From positions 1-32,187 of IMG/VR virus record IMGVR_UViG_3300002061_000002: a stretch of DNA of 32,187 bases. One strand, written 5' to 3'. The translations under genes and the position numbers were made by a program. Source of the DNA: a virus. Under the pieces are notes generated by a model that had not been told where the DNA came from, searched no databases, and saw only the letters and a list, made by a program, of their open reading frames with translations. Shown here in pieces: positions 28,796 through 32,187 of this stretch (the first letter of the stretch is position 1; every line of letters starts with the position of its first letter).

Positions 28796-29161
28796 TTACT
28801 CGTTGTCGTTAGCTTCGAGCGCTGCTACTAATTCTGGTTTTTTGCCAGTTGACGGTAATCCTCGTGCCTCTAGTTCTTCTTTTAACTGAGCTACCGTCAT
28901 AGAGTCGTAGTCGTCCTGAGATTCCTCGCCGTCTTCTGTATCTGTTTCCTCCTCCTCGGTTACTTCTTCCTCTGTTTCCTCCTCGTCTACTTCTGTACAG
29001 TAGTCCTCGATTTGGTCTGCTGTAAGGTAGTCCTGACGACCGCGCATAAATGCTCGTTCTGTGTTCGTAAGGTGTCCTGGCTCCATAGCACAGATACGCT
29101 CTAGCTCCTGGCGTGTTGCCTTGTCTAGTTCACTTACTGGAAGTGGGCTTTTTTTACTCAT
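28796..29161 (-). CDS. Acidic protein with a C-terminal SAP/Rho-N-like DNA-binding motif (121 aa)
   Basis: A poly-acidic tract (EVDEEETEEEVTEEEETDTEDGEESQDDYD) is followed by MTVAQLKEELEARGLPSTGKKPELVAALE. Confidence 0.6.
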   Translation of the reverse strand: MSKKSPLPVSELDKATRQELERICAMEPGHLTNTERAFMRGRQDYLTADQIEDYCTEVDEEETEEEVTEEEETDTEDGEESQDDYDSMTVAQLKEELEARGLPSTGKKPELVAALEANDNE

Positions 29162-29483
29162 GGTTTAAAAGATTTTTTATGTGGGCTTCTAATTGCTGCC
29201 GTCCCTTATCTGGTGCCACTATGAGGGCATATATGTCGTCATAGTTGGCAAGTCGGGCAGTTAGATACAGTGCGGCGCGGTCGTCACCATTTTGTACAGC
29301 TTCTCGCAAGTCTTTGGCGAGTTGCACTTGTTGTGTTTCCACAAACTTTCGCATAGTCTCTACCGTTGTCTCGGCTTCGTAAGCGACTACCCACTCGTCG
29401 TAGGTCTGTCGTTCCTCGTCACTGAGCTGGGTAAAATCTTGTACGCCTAGCTTATCGAGATACTGTCTAAAAAGTGCTTTCAT
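29154..29483 (-). CDS. Hypothetical protein (109 aa)
   Basis: ORF track. Confidence 0.6.
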   Translation of the reverse strand: MKALFRQYLDKLGVQDFTQLSDEERQTYDEWVVAYEAETTVETMRKFVETQQVQLAKDLREAVQNGDDRAALYLTARLANYDDIYALIVAPDKGRQQLEAHIKNLLNHE

Positions 29484-29510
29484 GCCTATTTATATGGTAT
29501 CTAATATGTC

Positions 29511-31259
29511 TTACACCTGCAATACAGGTGACTGTGCATTAGTATCCTGTACTGCCGGTACTTGCGGTTGTTGTGCTGCTGCTATAGCTTCTGGGGCTTG
29601 ATTTAAGCCTTGTGTTACCTCATTTAAACTCTGTTCTGCTCGTTCAATCTCCTCCTGTTCAATCTCCTCTGCTTCCTGTGGAGAAAGGTCGAGTAATTGA
29701 ATAAGGCGACGCTGTTCTGCCTTTAACATTGCGTTGTTTTCTGGGAAAGACTGACGTGCTGCCCGTAGTTTTGATATTTCGTCTGCTGTTTCTACTACGC
29801 TCTGGGCTTTGTCGATGATTGTTGTCTCGTAACCGTTGGCACTGCGAATATCCTCTATGCCTATTTCTAGTCCTACGAGTGCCCCGTCGTCTGGTCGCTT
29901 TTTGTATAGGGTTAATTTTTTATCACCCATGTTTGCCTCGACCATCGCGTACCACTTGCGTACTAGACGCTCGTAAGCTGCATTGTAGAGTGGGGCAATA
30001 TCGTTTGTACGTTCTAGGGCGTTGTTTACTGCAATTTCAATCTCACCGAGTGTACGTTTTACGTCTTCTACCGCACCCTTTTCGATAGCACCGGTAGCGC
30101 TAGCTCGTTCGGCCATACCTACTAAGAATTGAATATCCTTTAGCGTACCGCCTAGGTCTGGCACCTCTACGCTCTGGTATACGTCCTTTGGCTTGCCTGG
30201 CACACCGTACCAGCCCCATGGTCGTGGCTGCCATTTTTGTGGCTTAAATCCTTCGATTGTACTGTCGTACATGTTCATACCAAACCCGCGTAATGTACGG
30301 TTTTCAAGGTACTGGCTAATCCAGGTATTGATAGCTTTGTTTGGGATACGGATAATATCGGCAATACTATCGCTCCAGTAGTCTGTGCTTTCTAGGTCTT
30401 CCGCCCATGTCTCAAACGGGTAAAACTCTACACCCAATACTTCGATTTGTGGCGCTGCTCGTAGGATGTGCTTACTGTCTGCACGAACAATGTAGTATTT
30501 TACGTACTCTTTTTTGCTGTTGTCGTATACGTAAGTGTGGCAGTACTGTAGGTGTACCATCTTGTCGAGGTTTCCTAGCTTCTCTATGTCGATGTACCCC
30601 ATTTCGCGTAGGCGCTCTTGCTTGCGTGAGTAGTTGCTGTCGTTACCGTAGTTACGGGTACCCTGGTAATCAGTACGTACCTTTTCTCGGGCTTCTCGGT
30701 CAAACCGTGGGTTACGGATAACCTCATGGAGTGGCTTAAATACGTTGTCACGTACAACGTAACGGGCAGTTTCAATATCGTATGGGCTGACTCCAGGGTC
30801 AACAATCATGTCGTAGGTGTCTTCTACGTTGAATTTAACCAGGTAGTTATAATCTAGGTCTATCTCTAGTCCCATATGTCCACGTCCGTATAGGTAACAG
30901 TTCTTTTTGTCTACGCGTGTCTTTAGTTTCAACAGGTCGTGTTTTGCAGCCTCGTTAAACAACGCGTTTACTTTAATCTCTTTGTCTAGGTCGCCGTCTC
31001 GGTTTTCAAACCGAGCGTATATTTCTCCGTTAGTCTTTGCACCGATTGTTTTAATCGTCTCTTTCATTAGCGGCACGTTCATCGCCTGCCTCTGGGTAAG
31101 GCGGTTGGTGCGTACTTTGTCTCGGTATAGTGAGTAGTTTTCGTTAAACGCGTTTTCGCGTCGGCGTCGGTATTTAAGTCCCGCCTCTACTTCGGCGTTT
31201 AACTTATCGTTTAGGTGGTCAAGTCTTACGTTGCTTGGTAGTCGAATTGGTTTAGACAT
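29511..31259 (-). CDS. Portal protein (582 aa)
   Basis: It lies immediately downstream of terL. The size and the acidic, Gln-rich C-terminal tail are typical of portals. Confidence 0.7.
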   Translation of the reverse strand: MSKPIRLPSNVRLDHLNDKLNAEVEAGLKYRRRRENAFNENYSLYRDKVRTNRLTQRQAMNVPLMKETIKTIGAKTNGEIYARFENRDGDLDKEIKVNALFNEAAKHDLLKLKTRVDKKNCYLYGRGHMGLEIDLDYNYLVKFNVEDTYDMIVDPGVSPYDIETARYVVRDNVFKPLHEVIRNPRFDREAREKVRTDYQGTRNYGNDSNYSRKQERLREMGYIDIEKLGNLDKMVHLQYCHTYVYDNSKKEYVKYYIVRADSKHILRAAPQIEVLGVEFYPFETWAEDLESTDYWSDSIADIIRIPNKAINTWISQYLENRTLRGFGMNMYDSTIEGFKPQKWQPRPWGWYGVPGKPKDVYQSVEVPDLGGTLKDIQFLVGMAERASATGAIEKGAVEDVKRTLGEIEIAVNNALERTNDIAPLYNAAYERLVRKWYAMVEANMGDKKLTLYKKRPDDGALVGLEIGIEDIRSANGYETTIIDKAQSVVETADEISKLRAARQSFPENNAMLKAEQRRLIQLLDLSPQEAEEIEQEEIERAEQSLNEVTQGLNQAPEAIAAAQQPQVPAVQDTNAQSPVLQV

Positions 31260-31279
31260 ATCTAAAAAGAGTGGTGCCG

Positions 31280-31313
31280 GTCTTACTATATATTATAAGA
31301 CTTACAAAATGTT
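31280..31313 (-). promoter_or_regulatory. Late-type promoter-like region. Minus strand: AACATTTTGTA-N12-TATAGTAAGAC, with an inverted repeat at 31280..31301.
   Basis: Both 11-mers are identical to those at 3303..3338. A TTGCCT-N16-TATAAT arrangement is also present. It lies between terL and the portal gene. Confidence 0.5.
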
Positions 31314-31322
31314 AGGCAAGGG

Positions 31323-32187
31323 CTAAAAGTTTAGTTCTGGGTAAAACGGTTCTACCCCTCCAGTGTCTTCTACAGTCTGTACTACGGCTTTCGGTTCGTC
31401 TGGTGTAAACGTGTACGTAAACGCGTCGGCTACACCTAGGTCGTAGATATTGTAGTACTTAGATAGCTCGGCCTTGCTTACTATCTGTATCTTTCCTTTA
31501 CTGTTTACCTTGTATTTAAGCGCCATTAGGTTTTTCCATTTCTCGTCGCGCTCTAGTTTACCTCCTGCCTTTATCCATTGCGCCCCTTGCCACGCCATGT
31601 ATGCACGTTGGTTAGCAAACGCGTCTGGCTCTAGTCCCTGGGGTAGCTTTGCGTTTTTTGGTACGGGTAGCCCGCTGTTAATTGGTACCAGTCGCCGTTT
31701 TGTTTCCTTAGCGTCTTCCAGCTTACGCACAGTACCACTACCTACTCCCTGTTTATCTACTCCTAGCTTAGTACTGGCCTTGTCTCCGATATTGCTTTTT
31801 AGTGCTACGTCTCCGGCAAACGATAGTACGTCTGTTCCAAAGTTGTAATGGGCTATCTGGGCTAGGTTTGTACTACGGTTCACAATCACACTAGCGTTAC
31901 TACCGCTGTCTGCCGGGTCTGCCCCGGTTACGTGTTCACCCATGTGCTCGGTAGTGGTGGTCATAGCCCCCTCTATCATGCTGTGAGTGTATAGCGGTAA
32001 GTAGCCGTGTTCGTCCTTGTCTTCGTCGTCTGGGAAGTGGTTTAAGTACAGACACTCGTAGTGCGGCTTTTCCTTTACGCTGTTGTGGTGATCTTCGGTT
32101 ACTCGTCCCTCTTTGATGCCCTGGTATACGTCGATGTTAATGTGATGGTACGACGGGTCTAGGTAGGCTTTTTTAAAGTGATTGTTA
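31323..32187 (-). CDS. Terminase large subunit, C-terminal nuclease part, continuing from 1..624 across the window junction
   Basis: The frame is open to the window end (…NNHFKKAYLDPSYHHINIDVYQG...). The last 49 nt duplicate 1..49 in the same frame. GADPADSGSNASVIV is a nuclease-type motif. The ATG at 31979 in the ORF track is internal. Confidence 0.85.
   Translation of the reverse strand, partial: NNHFKKAYLDPSYHHINIDVYQGIKEGRVTEDHHNSVKEKPHYECLYLNHFPDDEDKDEHGYLPLYTHSMIEGAMTTTTEHMGEHVTGADPADSGSNASVIVNRSTNLAQIAHYNFGTDVLSFAGDVALKSNIGDKASTKLGVDKQGVGSGTVRKLEDAKETKRRLVPINSGLPVPKNAKLPQGLEPDAFANQRAYMAWQGAQWIKAGGKLERDEKWKNLMALKYKVNSKGKIQIVSKAELSKYYNIYDLGVADAFTYTFTPDEPKAVVQTVEDTGGVEPFYPELNF
32139..32187. 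repeat. Terminal direct repeat, right copy, identical to 1..49
   Basis: Base-by-base identity. Confidence 0.97.

Noticed and set aside
113-31848. All plus-strand ORFs in the track (60-217 aa), for example 18661..19287, 26816..27469, 20888..21379 and 11388..11810
   Set aside because: Each lies entirely antisense to a longer minus-strand ORF with recognisable motifs or operon packing. None has its own intergenic space, promoter motif or recognisable domain. Their low-complexity Ser/Leu/Cys/Pro-rich translations are typical shadow ORFs.
1-32187. Stop-codon reassignment or a suppressor tRNA, considered because of the odd tRNA-like genes
   Set aside because: All long genes, including the late structural ones, are uninterrupted under the standard code. 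Neither tRNA-like gene presents an anticodon complementary to a stop codon.

Overview
The window looks like one complete dsDNA tailed-phage genome. The first 49 nt are identical to the last 49 nt, so the unit length is 32,138 bp, either circularly closed or terminally redundant. Every credible gene is on the minus strand, and the plus-strand ORFs in the track are antisense shadows.

Reading in the direction of transcription (descending coordinates):
- **Early and DNA-metabolism region (15180 down to 3338).** Short early genes come first, including a DnaJ-type zinc-finger mini-protein, a winged-helix protein and two small zinc-ribbon proteins. These are followed by an SNF2 helicase, an HTH protein and a PD-(D/E)XK nuclease. 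Next come a possible SSB, a zinc-ribbon/HNH endonuclease, a NinB-like protein and a DnaD-like replisome organizer with iteron-like repeats. The region ends with a ParB-domain protein whose methyltransferase-like half looks degenerate, and a HIT-family protein.
- **Late region (3330 down through the window junction to 15252).** This holds a possible small terminase and a 489-nt non-coding island. After these come the large terminase (split by the window ends), portal, scaffold and major capsid protein. Fibre and tail proteins follow, including a LamG-type fibre with tandem repeats, then large internal proteins and membrane proteins. The region closes with an HExxH plus M23 lysin, a holin and a strong bidirectional terminator.

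No DNA polymerase, integrase, CRISPR array or rRNA was recognised.

The most unusual element is the non-coding island at 1234..1722. It carries two tRNA-shaped genes that both lack a usable anticodon loop. One has no anticodon arm at all. The other is tRNA-Gln-like with a perfect 12-nt palindrome inserted in its anticodon loop. A repeated TAGG(A/C)GTGA motif flanks them.

Two promoter-like motif families are visible. The early family is an extended -10, TGTGATACAA, inside a TTGTAT-CAC-ATACAA palindrome. The late family is AACATTTTGTA-N12-14-TATAGTAAGAC. All functional calls come from motif reading by eye. No database search was possible.
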